A stretch of DNA of 64,000 nt. Source: Macrostomum hystrix. Its lineage: Eukaryota > Animalia > Platyhelminthes. The notes below the pieces were generated by a model that had not been told where the DNA came from, did no database searches, and worked only from the letters and a program-made list of their open reading frames with translations. Made by a program: the position numbers and the translations under genes. This document shows positions 25,358 through 37,800 of the stretch, piece after piece; position 1 is the first letter of the stretch; every line of letters starts with the position of its first letter. The DNA is taken from NCBI GenBank assembly GCA_950097015.1, contig CATNEN010000039.1, positions 17,298,001-17,362,000 on the forward strand. Direction: 5' to 3'.

Positions 25358-25612
25358 TTGAGGCCGCGTTCATTTTGGGCGCAGCCGCGAAGAGAAGTCT
25401 TGGGGGCTAGTCGTGCAATTTGAAAGTGTGCACATTCTGACGATGAGAAAGTCACGCAGATGTACACACGTGTGCGAGCGTATGCCTGTGTACAGCATCC
25501 GTGTGCGTGTGTGCTCAGGAGTCAGCGAAATGGGCAGAATCGCCTCGTCGCTGGCTGCGGGTCTAGTGTCACCAACTGATGATGTGCCATTGCCCACAGC
25601 CCTCCTGCAATT
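25358..25612 (+). mobile_element. SINE family A, 5'-truncated copy
   Basis: Aligns with the body and 3' end of 29407-29766 (..gctcaggagtcagcgaa..gccctcctgcaatt). Confidence 0.8.
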
Positions 25613-25772
25613 ACATTTTTTCTTATTCAGGGACTAAAACGGTATCGTTATTTAGTGAGACACTTGACCCTTAATTGCTTTCTGGATAGCATTAACTCGA
25701 CTAATTAAGAGTGAATAGTCCATGAACCGAACAGCAGTAGTCTACTTTAGTAGTCCTTGGTATTCGCACCAT

Positions 25773-26744
25773 TCACCGAGACTTTGTTAGCTGGCGCAAC
25801 GAATCCTGCAGCCTGGCAACCGTTGTCAATGCGTTTCGGGCCCTCTTAGTGTCGGCGGCAAAGTGCTGATTGATGAAATGGAACTGGCGAACTTGCTCGC
25901 CTCGCTGATTTCTCTGCTCGCTGAGGTTCTGATGCCACAGTCGAAATCCCACCTGGTCGAGCTGGGCCAGGACTCTGAGCTCGTCTCGCTTTAGCTCAAC
26001 AGTGGCATTGCGACTGATGGGAACAGCCAGTAGCATCTGTTTCACATTGAGCAGGGACTCGTCTGTGATAGCTGTTTCAATCGGCTTCCATCCGAAATCG
26101 CCGATATTTACTTCGAGCACATCAACGATAACGCCATCAGCTCCAAGACGTTTCAAATGCTCCAAATATGTGTCGGTGACCCAGGCTCCCAAGGACTTCT
26201 TGGTAGGGAGGCTCTCTTTCAGGTGCACCAAGCTGCTAGTTCGAGTTTGCAGACGCGGCATTGTGGGGTCGAACAAAATCACCTGACAGCCAAACTTTGT
26301 AGCGAAGCTATAGGCTTCGAACTGCCACCGAGCGTTGCTGTCAAAGGAGATTGCGAAGCATGGCGACAAGGGGCTGAACGGCCCGGCTGAGCAAAGTCGC
26401 CAGGAAGTGTCGCGCCGCTTACCGAGCTGCGTGGCGCTGCTACAGTTTGCGGTGACACGCAGAGTTGCCCGGCTGTTGTAGATGATGTACACGCTAGCGT
26501 CGCTCAGGCGATCCACACGGTCAGCGTATAGTCGGTGGTGGCCGTGAATCACCGACACCTGGTCGTTGCCGAAGCGGAACACTGTCGGACCGCTGTTCCG
26601 TCCGCCTGGCCTGGCAGATCCGAACAAGAAGCGACTCAACGCTCTGTAGGGATTGCCAATGAAAGTTAGCAAGAAAATCAATGTTGAAATCAGAGCAACT
26701 GCGAGAAGCGCTTTTCGTCTGGAGTCCAGGAATCTTCTAGCCAT
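25773..26744 (-). CDS. METTL24-like (Methyltransf_22-type) type II membrane protein, 323 aa, intronless
   Basis: N-terminal basic stretch plus TM helix. Motifs WRLC..CFAISFD..WQFE..FGCQVILFDP..VDVLEVNIG..W..VKQMLL resemble the METTL24 family. Confidence 0.7.
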   Translation of the reverse strand: MARRFLDSRRKALLAVALISTLIFLLTFIGNPYRALSRFLFGSARPGGRNSGPTVFRFGNDQVSVIHGHHRLYADRVDRLSDASVYIIYNSRATLRVTANCSSATQLGKRRDTSWRLCSAGPFSPLSPCFAISFDSNARWQFEAYSFATKFGCQVILFDPTMPRLQTRTSSLVHLKESLPTKKSLGAWVTDTYLEHLKRLGADGVIVDVLEVNIGDFGWKPIETAITDESLLNVKQMLLAVPISRNATVELKRDELRVLAQLDQVGFRLWHQNLSEQRNQRGEQVRQFHFINQHFAADTKRARNALTTVARLQDSLRQLTKSR

Positions 26745-27339
26745 ATTTGTCTGCTGGGTGCAGCTCTGGTTGCTGTTATTCAGTCGGCTGTAGGCACAAT
26801 ATTCCTATATTTTAAAAAGAAGAAATACTACTTCGTAAAAGGGCTTGTAAATCTGTTTTGAGTCGGCTCCTGAGAGGTGGGTGCTGCTTCTATAATGGAG
26901 CTTCTGAGTGTACACAGGTTGGGGCGTGTCACGCGCCACTAACTCTGGGGTGTGGGGGTCAAGCTATAGTGTACATACATACATGTCTAAATTACACTGT
27001 GAGCAGAGGTGAGGCACAGCCAAGTACCACATTCTTCTTCTTTAGTCATTATGGGTGCGGCTAGGGAAGGGTGGAAAGAGAGAAAATGAATAGAAAATAC
27101 ACCACAACCTGTACGGGCCGTTGTACGATACAGGCTAAAAATTGATTCATCGCACAGGCAAAATTAATTGAAGTTGTGTGGGATTTTAACTCAGGTATCG
27201 GCTAAATTTCTTGGAGATAACCAATTATGACTATTGGAATTTAAAATAATATATAAATATTTCATTAGAGTTTGATAAATTTGGTATGTCCTAATAATAA
27301 TTTGGCATTTAATTATTTTTTAATGCTAAGAGTGTACAT

Positions 27340-27730
27340 TAATTCCCACAACCCAACCAGTGGCATATCATTCCCACAACCAATCAGTGGCATATCATTC
27401 CCACAACCAATCATAGGCATATCATTCCAACAACCAATCAGTGCATATCATTCCCACAACCAATCAGTGGCATATCATTCCCACAACCAACCAGTGGCAT
27501 ATCATTCCCACAACCAATCAGTGGCATATCATTCCAACAACCAATCAGTGCATATCATTCCCACAACCAATCAGAGGCATATCATTCCCACAACCAATCA
27601 GTGCATATCATTCCCACAACCAATCAGTGCATATCATTCCCACAACCAATCAGTGCATATCATTCCCACAACCAATCAGTGGCATATCATTCCCACAACC
27701 AATCAGTGGCATATCATTCCCACAACCAGA
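27340..27730. repeat. 24/26-bp minisatellite containing CCAATCAG
   Basis: About 15 units of (tg)gcatatcattcccacaaccaatcag. Confidence 0.9.
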
Positions 27731-28254
27731 GAGACAAAAAGAAAATTCCAGTATGAGAAATAAGCAATTAGATTCAAAAAATGTCGTTAAAAAGTGACTG
27801 GCTGAATAGTGGAAATAGATCTGTGAACGTGAAAAAAGTTAATAGTGAAAAAAGCAACTCACTTTCGCTGTTTCTGTTTTGGCTTAATTAATTGAGCAAG
27901 CAATATACCTTGACACTGACTTAAAAATCGATAGAGCATTTCAGCAATAAATTAGAAACTATCTAAATTGAATGCAACGCCCTCAAGCGGAGCAGTACGG
28001 AGATTGTCACACAGCATGCTTATGAACATGAGTGGATTGCTAGCTAGTCAATATGCTCAAAACAGACAAGGGATCGATAGCAGTGAAAGATCAGAACTCT
28101 ATAACCTGGATTGAAAATAGTTTGTGTTCTTGCAAAGCAGTTTTTATTGTGAATCAAATTTCATGTCTCCAGTGATATTCGGAAAGCTTTAACGATTCAG
28201 TTAGAACTGTTATAATACTCGTATTTTAGGAGTGACTAATACAATCAGGGTCAA

Positions 28255-28800
28255 TACTAGAGGGACACTGCAGAAGACAGAGTCAATACTACACGGAGAC
28301 TGCAGAAGACAGGGTCAATTCTACAGGCCATTGCAGAAGACAGGGTCAATTCTACACGGAGACTGCAGAAGACAGAGTCAATTCTACACGGAGACTGCAG
28401 AAGACAGGGTTAATTCTGCACGGAGACTGCAGAAGACAGAGTCAATTCTACACGGAGACTACAGAAGACAGGGTTAATTCTGCACGGAGACTGCAGAAGA
28501 CAGGGTTAATTCTGCACGGAGACTGCAGAAGACAGGGTTAATTCTACATGGAGACTGCAGAAGACAGAGTCAATTCTACATGGAGACTGCAGAAGACAGA
28601 GTCAATTCTACATGGAGACTGCAGAAGACAGGGTCAATTCTACACGGAGACTGCAGAAGACAGGGTTAATTCTACACGGACACTGCAGAAGACAGAGTCA
28701 ATTCTACACGGAGACTGCAGAAGACAGAGTCAATTCTACATGGAGACTGCAGAAGACAGGGTTAATTCTGCACCGAAACTGCAGAAGTCTGAATCAATTC
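28255..28800. repeat. 34-bp minisatellite
   Basis: About 16 units of gactgcagaagacagagtcaattctacacgga. Confidence 0.9.
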
Positions 28801-29406
28801 TACAAAGAGGCTTATACCTAAAGAGTTTTCAGAAATCCAATTTTTATGTGCATGCTTGTCATTCAGCCGTAAATAAAAAATCTGTTTTATTCGACGCTTA
28901 CACCAGCGACTGTCTCTTCTTTGATTCTGCCTCGATTCATGAACTCAAATTACCGCTTGAGAAATTTATTTAAAAATTAACCGATTTAGACTGCAACTGA
29001 GCTAAAGATAATTGCGTGACTTCTTTTGTTATCATGCTGATTTTGCAACTCGTAATCAAATAACTCGAAGCTCAAAGCTAGACAGAATTGCGTCACGCCG
29101 ATTGAGCACAGCTACGAGTAGTAGAGCGATCACAGAGCGATCACAGAGAAGGAACACATTTTTGAGGTCAAAAAGTTCGATGCAATCCTTAATTTTGCAG
29201 TTTCTTCTTTAGCTTAATTCTTTCGCTTTTCGCGGCAATGAACACGGTAAGGTAATTACAAGCATAACTATTCTGAGAACTCTGCTCAGAACTCTGTCAG
29301 CGGTGAAACTTAATCAACTCGAATATCGCTGCGTCTAAGACTGAAGTCTCTAAGCGCAACTTTAAGAGGCAATTTTGTCACAATGGGAGGTTGTAGCTAG
29401 AGCTTT

Positions 29407-29766
29407 GGGGGGCTGAGTGGCAGAGCGGTTAACGCATTTGCCTCTCGCACCAAGGTCCCTGAGCTCGATTCCGCGGCGAGGCCGCATTCATTTGGGGCGC
29501 AGCCGCGGAGAGAAGGCTTGGAGGCTTGTCGTGCAATTTACGCCCTTGAGGGCCAACCTCCAAGGCACTGTGAGGGTGTACACTGCCTGACAATGAGAAA
29601 CTCAGGGCTCAGATGTACACACCTGTGTGAGCGTATGCCTGATTACAGTATCTGTGTGTGTGTGCTCAGGAGTCAGCGAAACTGTCAGAGTCGCCTCCTC
29701 GCTGGCTGCGGGTCCAGTGTCACCAACTGATGATGTGCCATTGCCCGCAGCCCTCCTGCAATTATT
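29407..29766 (+). mobile_element. SINE family A, near full-length tRNA-derived copy
   Basis: A-box TGGCAGAGCGG, B-box-like GCTCGATTCC, structured 3' end and AT-rich tail. At least 5 related copies in the window. Confidence 0.85.
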
Positions 29767-30861
29767 CCTACCCTTAAAAGTGGAGGTCCATTGAATGGAG
29801 GGATCAGGTACAACCGAACTGTGCTTGTGCAGCTGTTACTCGGCACTCGTTACTCTTTACTTATTATATCCAGTGTCCTATTGTGGATATACTATTTCAT
29901 AACGAACCAGAAAGCTACACGCATTTCATGAAGAGCGGGAGTATTAGTGCAGAGACAAGGCTATCATGCAGAAGCATTTCTACTGACGCAAAAATTGTTG
30001 GATTCTCAATCCATTCTCGCATTACAGTGAGTGGAAGAGAGAGAGAGCGAGTGAGAGTGAACCCAGATGCAATCCCTGATAACAATATCATGATGGAGCA
30101 AGGCGCCGAGGAGGATATATTCTGGTTCCGTGCTCTGATCCGGGCGAGCAAATTGACAGAACGGGAGCAGGGAATTCTGCACTACCCAGCCATTGCACTG
30201 ACCATGCGGCAATGCAGCATCTTGTTGGATTATGGTCACAAATCTGATGATTATGGGGCTGGAATTCTCATCAAGCATTGCTAATGATGCCACTCATTCA
30301 TTGATTATTTATTTTGGCTATTGCAATGCGACCGAGCTGATGAAAGAAGACAAAGGACATGCGATAAAGGCGCTGTCACAGTGTCAGTATAATTTGTGAA
30401 CGAGCTACTGCTGTTTAGTATGCGCCAGCAGGATGAAAAAGTCTGAAGCATATTCTACTCTCACAAATTGCTCTTTAAAGTATGAACAGGAGCGCCCTAT
30501 AACTAAGAATAAACCAGGAATAGGCCAGGAAAATTCGGATGTTCTCAGGGCTTCGACCTATTTCAATCGGCCACCTGTCAGGCGTTAATTAAAGAAGTTC
30601 TAGACCGCTAGCCAACCTAAAAGAACTGCAAACCCTTATATACGAGTGTATTGTAATTTGTAATATTGTATTGTAATTTTAATATTGTATTGTAATTGTA
30701 ATATTATAATTTGCAGGACGGCAGTGGACGCTGCATGTGGACAGAAGAGCCAGCGAGAAATAATTCAGTCACACGGATACTGTGTGCGTACTGTGTAGTA
30801 TAGAGTCGAGCTAATGCATGAGCTTTCGTCATCGGTCATTTAATTCATTTGGTCTAAGCCG

Positions 30862-31734
30862 CAGGGGTAGGCAAACTTATTTGCTGGCGGGCCAAAGAGA
30901 GAGCCTAAAAGACGACAGCGGGCCGCATTGACTGTATAAATATGAGATAGGGGAGAGATGAGACACGGGAGAGATGAGACACGGGAGAGATGAGACACGG
31001 GAGAGATTAGACACAGGAGAGATTAGACACGGGAGAGATTAGACACGGGAGAAATTAGACACGGGAGAGATTAGACACGGGAGAAATTAGACACGGGAGA
31101 GATTAGACACAGGAGAGATTAGACACGGGAGAAATTAGACACAGGAGAGATTAGACACGGGAGAAATTAGACACGGGAGAGATTAGATACAGGAGAGATG
31201 GGACACAGGAAAGATGGGACACGAGAGAGATGAGACACGGGAGAGATTAGACACAGGAGAGATTAGACACGGGAGAGATTAGACACGGGAGAAATTAGAC
31301 ACGGGAGAGATTAGACACGGGAGAGATTAGACACGGGAGAAATTAGACACGGGAGAGATTAGACACGTGAGAGATTAGACACGGGAGAGATTAGACACAG
31401 GAGAGATTAGACACGGGAGAAATTAGACACGGGAGAGATTAGATACAGGAGAGATGAGACGCGAGAGAGATTAGACACAGGAGAGATTAGACACGGGAGA
31501 AATTAGACACGGGAGAGATTAGATACAGGAGAGATGAGACGCGAGAGAGATGAAACAGGACACTGTAGATGTCAGAAGGGGCAACGGGCCGGATTTGGGA
31601 GCTTCGAGGGCCGCATCTGGCCCGCGGGCCGGAGTTTGCCGACCCCTGCTGTAGATGTCAGAAGGGGCAACGGGCCGGATTTGGGAGCTTCGAGGGCCGC
31701 ATCTGGCCCGCGGGCCGGAGTTTGCCGACCCCTG
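30862..31734. mobile_element. hAT/Charlie-type MITE (family 2) with an internal 17-bp minisatellite and a duplicated right end
   Basis: TIRs CAGGGGTAGGCAAAC / GTTTGCCGACCCCTG. GGCCCGCGGGCC subterminal motif. Internal (gagattagacacgggag)n. 31563-31648 = 31649-31734. Confidence 0.85.
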
Positions 31735-31753
31735 GTCTAAGGCCTACAACCTG

Positions 31754-31932
31754 AGGGTGAGTGGCAGAGCGGTTGACGCATTTGCATCTCGCACCAAGAT
31801 CCCTAAGCTCGATTTCTCAGGGCATCCAATGCAACCTCCAATGCACTGTGACAGTGTACACTGCCTGACGATGAGAAAGTCAGGGCAGATGTACAGACCT
31901 GTGTGCTTGTGTGCTCAGGAGCCCTCCTGCAA
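31754..31932 (+). mobile_element. SINE family A, internally deleted copy
   Basis: Head gggtgagtggcagagcggttgacgcatttgc.. and tail gccctcctgcaa, with two internal segments missing. Confidence 0.75.
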
Positions 31933-32252
31933 GTTTTAAAATAATAAAATAAAAATATCCATATTTATCGTCTTTTTTATCGATTAAAGCGAATCAGTGC
32001 TAATCAAAGCTGCACAATATTGATGCGAATATTAATTCAAAATACAGCGAGTATACGATTATCCAAGCCAGATTCACGAACTACAAATATTGCAGAGTGC
32101 ACTTTGCAGTGAAAATAAGCATCTAGTGCTTCCAAGCGACAAACAGTCGGTGGATCGCTACATTTAATGTGAGGGCTTTTCCTCAATCCTGGGAGAAAAG
32201 CAGTAAACAGGTGTGAAAGTCTTGATGTTATTTACTGTCATTTCCGCTAAGA

Positions 32253-32922
32253 CAGGGGTAGGCAAACTTATTTGCTGGCGGGCCAAAGAGAGAGCCTAAA
32301 AGACGACAGCGGGCCGCATTGACTGTATAAATATGAGATAGGGGAGAGATGAGACACGGGAGAGATGAGACACGGGAGAGATGAGACACAGGAGAGATGA
32401 GACACGGGAGAGATGAGACAAAGGAAAGATGGGACACGAGAGAGATGAGACACGGGAGAGATTAGACACAGGAGAGATTAGACACGGGAGAGATTAGACA
32501 CATGAGAGATTAGACACAGGAGAGATGAGACACGGGAGAGATTAGACACAGGAGAGATTAGACACGGGAGAGATTAGACACATGAGAGATTAGATTCAGG
32601 AGAGATGAGACACGGGAGAGATTAGACACGGGAGAAATTAGACACGGGAGAGATTAGACACAGGAGAGATTAGACACGGGAGAGATTAGACACGGGAGAA
32701 ATTAGACACGGGAGAGATTAGACACGGGAGAGATTAGACACGGGAGAAATTAGACAGGGGAGAGATTAGACACGGGAGAGATTAGACACGGGAGAGATTA
32801 GACACGGGAGAGACGCGAGAGAGATGAAACAGGACACTGTAGATGTCAGAAGGGGCAATGGGCCGGATTTGGGAGCTTCGAGGGCCGCATCTGGCCCGCG
32901 GGCCGGAGTTTGCCGACCGCTG
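32253..32922. mobile_element. hAT/Charlie-type MITE (family 2), second copy
   Basis: Same termini as 30862-31734. Flanked by the direct repeat CCGCTAAGA at 32244-52 and 32923-31. Internal 17-bp array. Confidence 0.85.
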
Positions 32923-33503
32923 CCGCTAAGACAAAGGATAAAAAGTAGCAGATATAATGAATCAACAAGCAATAGACAAGACAAGAAATCTGAAAATAGG
33001 TTTGTCGTCACAACAATCAATGCAAAAATGTGATAGAAAGCCTCTATGTGACAAAGATATCATTGAAAAATACATTTTTTATCTCACAATGTCAGTTGGT
33101 TTGTCAGCTCTCGGTAGTAAAAGGTTACCTAAAAAAATTCCTCTTTAAAATAGAATGAGACAGACAAGCATATTGCATATTAATTTGACAAGGAGTTTAC
33201 ACAAAAGACAACAATTCTACAGCCTCAGTGTCAATATGCGATATGGCACGTACCATACTCTGACTCACTATTGAGTGTAACCATAAAAACTAATATTAAC
33301 AAAACGTGCGCCCTAAACAAGCTCTAATCCCTAGGCTCCCGACAAAAGTTTTCAAAACTGCCTGACTGTTTGGTCAGCAGCGAAATAATGATAAATCTAG
33401 GTACAGTAGAATTAGTCCTTTAACTTTGCAGCTACTACAATCGGGCGCATAGTTATCACGCTCCGTTTCAGAAGAAAACTCCAACAAAGATTTGTCAGCT
33501 CAG

Positions 33504-34877
33504 TCAGACCTTCGGGCTGAGGGTCCTCAGGCCGTCATTGTCGTGGCCGCAGTCGCGCCAACATGACAGATGACCGTGCCGACAGTACAGCTGGTGCTGC
33601 TGGCCTAAGTTGTTCGCTGCATCTTCGCGGAGCTGCTGTGGTTGGATCACCTGGACGCCGCCGTACTGTACGCGACGCCGGCGCTGGTTCTGACGATCGC
33701 AGCAGCCGCGTCTTCGGCGGAACAGATTCCAAAGGCAGCGTCGATATGCAGCGTCGGTGGCGAATAGGAATAGCGGATTGGCTAACGAGTTCGCCAGGGC
33801 CAGCGACATAAACGCCAGGTAAACATCCTTCGCAATGATCAGGAACCGTAAGCTCGCTTCGTCAAAACTGTTGCCTCCGAGGTTCCAGGCGTCGATGCCG
33901 ATGTTCCATAGATGGATGGGCGACCAGAAGCAGGCAAAGATAACGATCAGGACAATCGACAGGCGAAAGATGCGCTGAGACCTGGCCAAGCGGCTTCGTC
34001 CTATTACGCGATGCTGCTGCTGCTGCTTCTGCTCATGGCAATGCTGATAGCGTCGATGATGGCGATTCTGGAGGTTCTGCTGCAGCTGGAGCTGTCGGTT
34101 GAACTGGCGCAATGATCGACTGGCCCTGGCCACCAGGCGGCAGACGCGCATGTAGGCCACGCCAATTACGCTGAGCGGCAGCACAAGCACTCCCAGCAGA
34201 ATGAATGTTGAATAAAACAGTCTAGCGCGTGTCTCATCCTCGGGTGTTGGCGGTCGCGATCGCAACAGCATGGACAGAGTGTCGTTCCAGCTCTCCGTGC
34301 ACACGTGGCAGGTCTCGTCGGCAGTCTGGCTGAACGGACAAGGCTCCAGACGGTAGTTGAAAGCGCAGGGCAGCGCAGCCAGAGCCGAGAGAGTCCAAAT
34401 GGCCACCAGAGCCTTGGCGCAGCCGACGCTCATGGCCGGCTGTCTAGTTCCGGACGCTCGCGCTTGAACCAGGCTGCGAACTCCGAAACTGCGACGCCAG
34501 CTAATGGCCGTCAAGGTGAACACCGAGGCGAACATCACCGCCAGGTTGGCGAAGTGAACCCCGCTGCAAGCCGCTCCGCCAGCGTGCCATTGAATATCAC
34601 GAAACTGGGCGCCGGTGACTGGCACGACGGCCAGGGCGATAAAAAGGTCGCATAGGCAGAGGTTGTACAGCAGAGGCGTCACGGAGCTCCGCTTGACCAG
34701 CCTGGCGGCGGAAATGGCGTACGTTAGCAGCAGGTTGGCAAGCGTGGCCGTAGCGCAGATCAGCCCCAGCATCACCAGCATGGCTCGGTTGAAATGCGCG
34801 CTATCCATCATCATGTTGCTGTGCTGACTTTGCAGCAGCTGCTCGTGGCTGGAGTTGTCTGCCTCGATTGTCAGCAT
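33504..34877 (-). CDS. Class A (rhodopsin-like) GPCR, probably neuropeptide-receptor-like, 457 aa, intronless
   Basis: Seven hydrophobic segments. TM1 LANLL, TM2 NLCLCDL, ECL1 W..G..AC, TM3 ASVFTLTAIS, TM4 W, TM5 LPL..Y, TM6 CFWSP, TM7 NSLANP. Confidence 0.9.
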   Translation of the reverse strand: MLTIEADNSSHEQLLQSQHSNMMMDSAHFNRAMLVMLGLICATATLANLLLTYAISAARLVKRSSVTPLLYNLCLCDLFIALAVVPVTGAQFRDIQWHAGGAACSGVHFANLAVMFASVFTLTAISWRRSFGVRSLVQARASGTRQPAMSVGCAKALVAIWTLSALAALPCAFNYRLEPCPFSQTADETCHVCTESWNDTLSMLLRSRPPTPEDETRARLFYSTFILLGVLVLPLSVIGVAYMRVCRLVARASRSLRQFNRQLQLQQNLQNRHHRRYQHCHEQKQQQQHRVIGRSRLARSQRIFRLSIVLIVIFACFWSPIHLWNIGIDAWNLGGNSFDEASLRFLIIAKDVYLAFMSLALANSLANPLFLFATDAAYRRCLWNLFRRRRGCCDRQNQRRRRVQYGGVQVIQPQQLREDAANNLGQQHQLYCRHGHLSCWRDCGHDNDGLRTLSPKV

Positions 34878-37800
34878 TTGACTGACCGTTGCCTAGACGA
34901 TTTTCGACTTGCTATGCTGATTCAAGGGAAGCAGAAAATTGGCTTGTCCGAAAGAGGAAGACTAGCGGCTTCAAATCGCATGAAATTATAGCCCCCGCTC
35001 CTAGAGGAGGCTGGCTTGACTGTCTCAGCCAATCAGGGCAGGGGAATACGATGGGTATACGAGAAAGCCGAGACAGAGTTTATTCCGTCTGAGCTGTGTT
35101 ATCGGAAGCCCTCATTTAGGATATTTCTGCCTCCGTTTAGGATTGAAAACACCTTCTAGCTGGGTACCAATTATCTTGTTGATTTCAGGACGTTGAAAAA
35201 TACGTAACTGCCTCACCGCTCTCAATCAATAGACGGTCTGTCTCTGCAGGTGCTAGCGTTCGTCATTTCCAATCAACCAAATCAATTATACAACGGCGGC
35301 AGAATGCTTGATTGCAACAATACGCAATTAAAGAAATTGGTAGGCAAAAGTCTGAACATGTAAGTTTCGCCAGAAAATAATAATCAAATTACCTGCTAGC
35401 TTAAACACAAAGCTAGAACTAGTCCAACACTGCCCGAACGTTTCGTAGCAACAATATCCAGCACGACGAATTAAGATAAAAACAAGCCGCCACGTAAAAA
35501 AATGCGTACAGAGCATGCAGTCGGGGGAGAGAGGTTGGTTGCAAGAGGGACGAAAAATGGAGTGAGGTGGTCGCTCATGGGTGTACTTTTAACCAATAAG
35601 AAAATCGAAACAAAATTGGCTAGGTTTACAGATAGCTGCATTCTATACTGCTAAAAATCAGCAATTTAGTGACTTGCCCAGAACCACAAATGACTTACCT
35701 TGGGCTGAGATTCGAGCTCACGAACTCTCGTAAAATTAAAATATTTTTAAAAATAAAATTGTCCAAAAATTTACGGGAATGAACAATCCAACAGGTTATT
35801 TTAGAGTCCTGCAGTGTTTTTTTCTATAAACCAGTAAACTATCTGATGGCAGACTTCCTATAATACAATGAAACTATTTTCTATGCTTATCCGTTCGATT
35901 TCACTAACCGAAGTTTAAAAAAATCAATTAATTTAAACGCTTTCGTTTTTTTATTTAACTGACTCCTGATGCGACAGGTTAATTATCATGTGCATGGGTA
36001 AAACCCAAATTTACCGTTTCTGTTTCTACGTTTTAATCCGAAGAAAATGTAAAAGTACTTTCTGCGGCACTGAATGTAGGCACAGAAGGTCAGTAATCAA
36101 TCTTTCACGTTTTTTGTATTTTCTAAGCCTCAAACAGTTTTTTTGTAAGCCAAGCCAAGCCGTACGGTCCTACGAGTATTAAATTGATTAGATGAAAAAG
36201 TTCATATTAGTCTTCACCAGCTGTCCATACAGAGAATATATAGTTTCTCTTAATAAAAGCATCTGGGCTGGCCCCATGCGTCTGGCTGGCGATAAGAGAA
36301 ATGGTCGCAGCTTCTACTGGGTAGACTTGACAGACCATGGAGGGAACGGATGCTCAGTGACAACTTCATAGCTAAAATATTAGAAGACCTTTGGCGTCCG
36401 CTCAGAGACTGCTATACTCAAATAACTGGGTCTGTGATTCATGAGCTCGGCCATCAATCATTTCATAAAGCGCGAGTTACTTAAGTTCGTAGCTCTGCTC
36501 AGTATAATTATACCAGTGATTTGATTTGACGACAAATTTAGTTTGGGCTATATAATGCAGGCATGCGGTGCCATATTTGTTAGACAAATACGAGCATTAT
36601 TGTTAAGAAATAAATAACTGTTTGGGCTAGTAAACAGGTTCAGACAGATTCGGATAGAAAGGAGGGTGTGGAAACCCTGGAGAAGACAAAAAGGGGTGGT
36701 TAACGGCGATCGATAAGTCGATAAAGGGGGGAGAGATCGAAAAAAAGGGGTAGAGAGACTAAAGAGTGCAGCGGGCTAGGACCCTAGACGGGAGGGGTGA
36801 CGCGAGGGGTCACGGGGGGAAATCGATAACAAATTACGCGGACTGGGCAGGCGGACTACAGGGGGAGTGGCTAGAAGGCGCGCGCCAGTGAATATGATTG
36901 GCTGACTCATACAAGCACAATGGACCAGAATATTTCCTCGGTTTTTATGAAATAAATTGAGTATTTTGTGCAAATTATCCAGAGAACTCGTCTAATAGAA
37001 GCTGTCCTCAGAAAAGTACGCGTCATAAAAGGCAAAAAGCTATTGTTACAAAACCAACTACGAATAGAGAACGAAGCCAAATGATTGAAATTCAAAGATG
37101 AATGGGAAATTTTACTCGCAGTCTTAAAAAGCGGTGAAAAACGCTAGCATTGAAATAGAACTCAAAATAGAATTGCAAAAACTAGTTATTGTCAGGCTAA
37201 CAGGAGACGCAGTTTGAGCTAGCTCAAAGGCCTTAGGCAGCGCTTTCTTATTTATCGTTCTCACAAAAATGTATCTTCAATGAGTAATTTATTTTTTTCT
37301 GTCTTCATTTAACTGTAAGCAGCTTAGAGTTCGCGGCACGCGGGGGTAGAGCGGGGGTAGAGCGTACATGCCTGCGTGCGTGCTTGTGTGGCGTGATTGG
37401 AGGGCGGGTACGCCCACCCCAGTGTTGCTGGCCAAATATAATAGTGCTAGCGAGCCAGTATGGCTCTTCGCGTTTTATGTGCGTGCTACCTGACAAACCA
37501 GCGTCTTACACTGGTGACAGCGGTGGCAGCGGTGGCAGCATTATTTTTAACGGACGGAAATTTCGATTCGCCGAAAAATATACAGCTGGCATCAATAAAG
37601 TAGTTTTTTAATCAGAGAAGCACTACAGAATGTGGATCTTTTAAATGCATACAGAATTCGAGTGTTTCTAGGCTGGGATGGGAAATTTAATGCCTTCAAA
37701 ACGTTTTTATTTCCTACTAAATAGAAATGAGTCGAGTGGAGAGGAGTGCTTACGCGACCGACATTCGCATCAAGGTCCTGAGCTTGGATCAACTCCAATT

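Noticed and set aside
29676-29740. Hammerhead ribozyme in SINE A (GAAA and CTGATGA present)
   Set aside because: Stems II and III cannot be formed around the core, and CTGATGA is not conserved in the 62.0- and 63.9-kb copies
29883-30293. Overlapping 78-133-aa ORFs
   Set aside because: No recognisable homology; possibly decayed TE sequence
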